A DNA stretch of 63,821 nt, the filler included, from Phoronis australis (taxonomy: Eukaryota > Animalia > Phoronida), in NCBI GenBank assembly GCA_002633005.1. It is 11 parts of 11 records of this genome, joined end to end, with 100 filler letters (N's around TTAATTAATTAA, not from the genome) between each part and the next. Parts side by side here need not be neighbours in the genome. Positions count along the whole stretch, not along the records: positions 62,295 to 63,821 come from NMRA01001861.1; 10 more parts are not named here. The stretch is one strand, 5' to 3'. The position numbers were made by a program, and so were the translations under genes. The notes beneath the pieces were generated by a model. It was not told the origin of the DNA and did not search any database. It was given only the letters and a program-made list of their open reading frames with translations. Positions 63,537 to 63,821 of the stretch are shown in pieces. Positions within the stretch are counted from its first letter, which is position 1. Each line of letters opens with the position of its first letter.

Positions 63537-63821
63537 TAACAAGAGCAAGGCAGAGTGTTGAAATGCGCCCACAATTGCACCACATACAGTATCCTTCTAG
63601 TGTTGTTTATTGGTACCATAAAGTGGCCAGTAGAGGGCATATATGTAGTATGTTGTACTTAGCAAAATGGAAAGGCATGGTCATTGTCTCCTCAATAGGC
63701 TAGGGGCAAATGTGAGTAATCTTCATAATACAAGCACATCCTATACACCAGTTGCTTAAAGCACCACAGAAACATAGAATTAAAAACAAATTTACCAACA
63801 TACGAGATTAGCACAGCATTA
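63537..63821 (-). mobile_element. 3' part of HINE family 1, inverted
   Basis: Reverse complement of 35357-35640 / 16388-16672. Confidence 0.85.

Overview
AT-rich, intron-containing metazoan genomic DNA, probably a marine invertebrate (inferred from gene and repeat content; species not determinable by eye). The window is about 11 contigs joined by an artificial 100-bp spacer (N44-TTAATTAATTAA-N44), so adjacency across spacers is not biological evidence. Recognisable genes: 4 exons of a CPS1/CPSIII-type carbamoyl-phosphate synthetase (-), 5 exons of RRP9/U3-55K (-), 3 exons of a sacsin-like gene (-), a complete 5-exon 300-aa cytosolic sulfotransferase (+) and two partial tandem folate-receptor-family genes (+). 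The rest is mostly mobile DNA: Helentron-associated HINEs, Kolobok-like ends (TTAA), hAT-like MITEs with 5-6 bp TSDs, foldback elements, and decayed CR1/L2 LINE and Penelope-like remnants. Most notable: (i) tandem arrays built from splice-acceptor/exon-start or branch-point units at up to three loci, including a CPS intron that also has a GC donor; (ii) a GT-skewed ~1.65-kb segment whose hydrophobic ORFs extend when TGA is read as Trp (candidate NUMT of unassigned mitochondrial ORFs); (iii) two filled/empty transposon sites exposed by uncollapsed haplotypes; (iv) substitutions in conserved sulfotransferase motifs. No CRISPR array or prokaryotic system is present.
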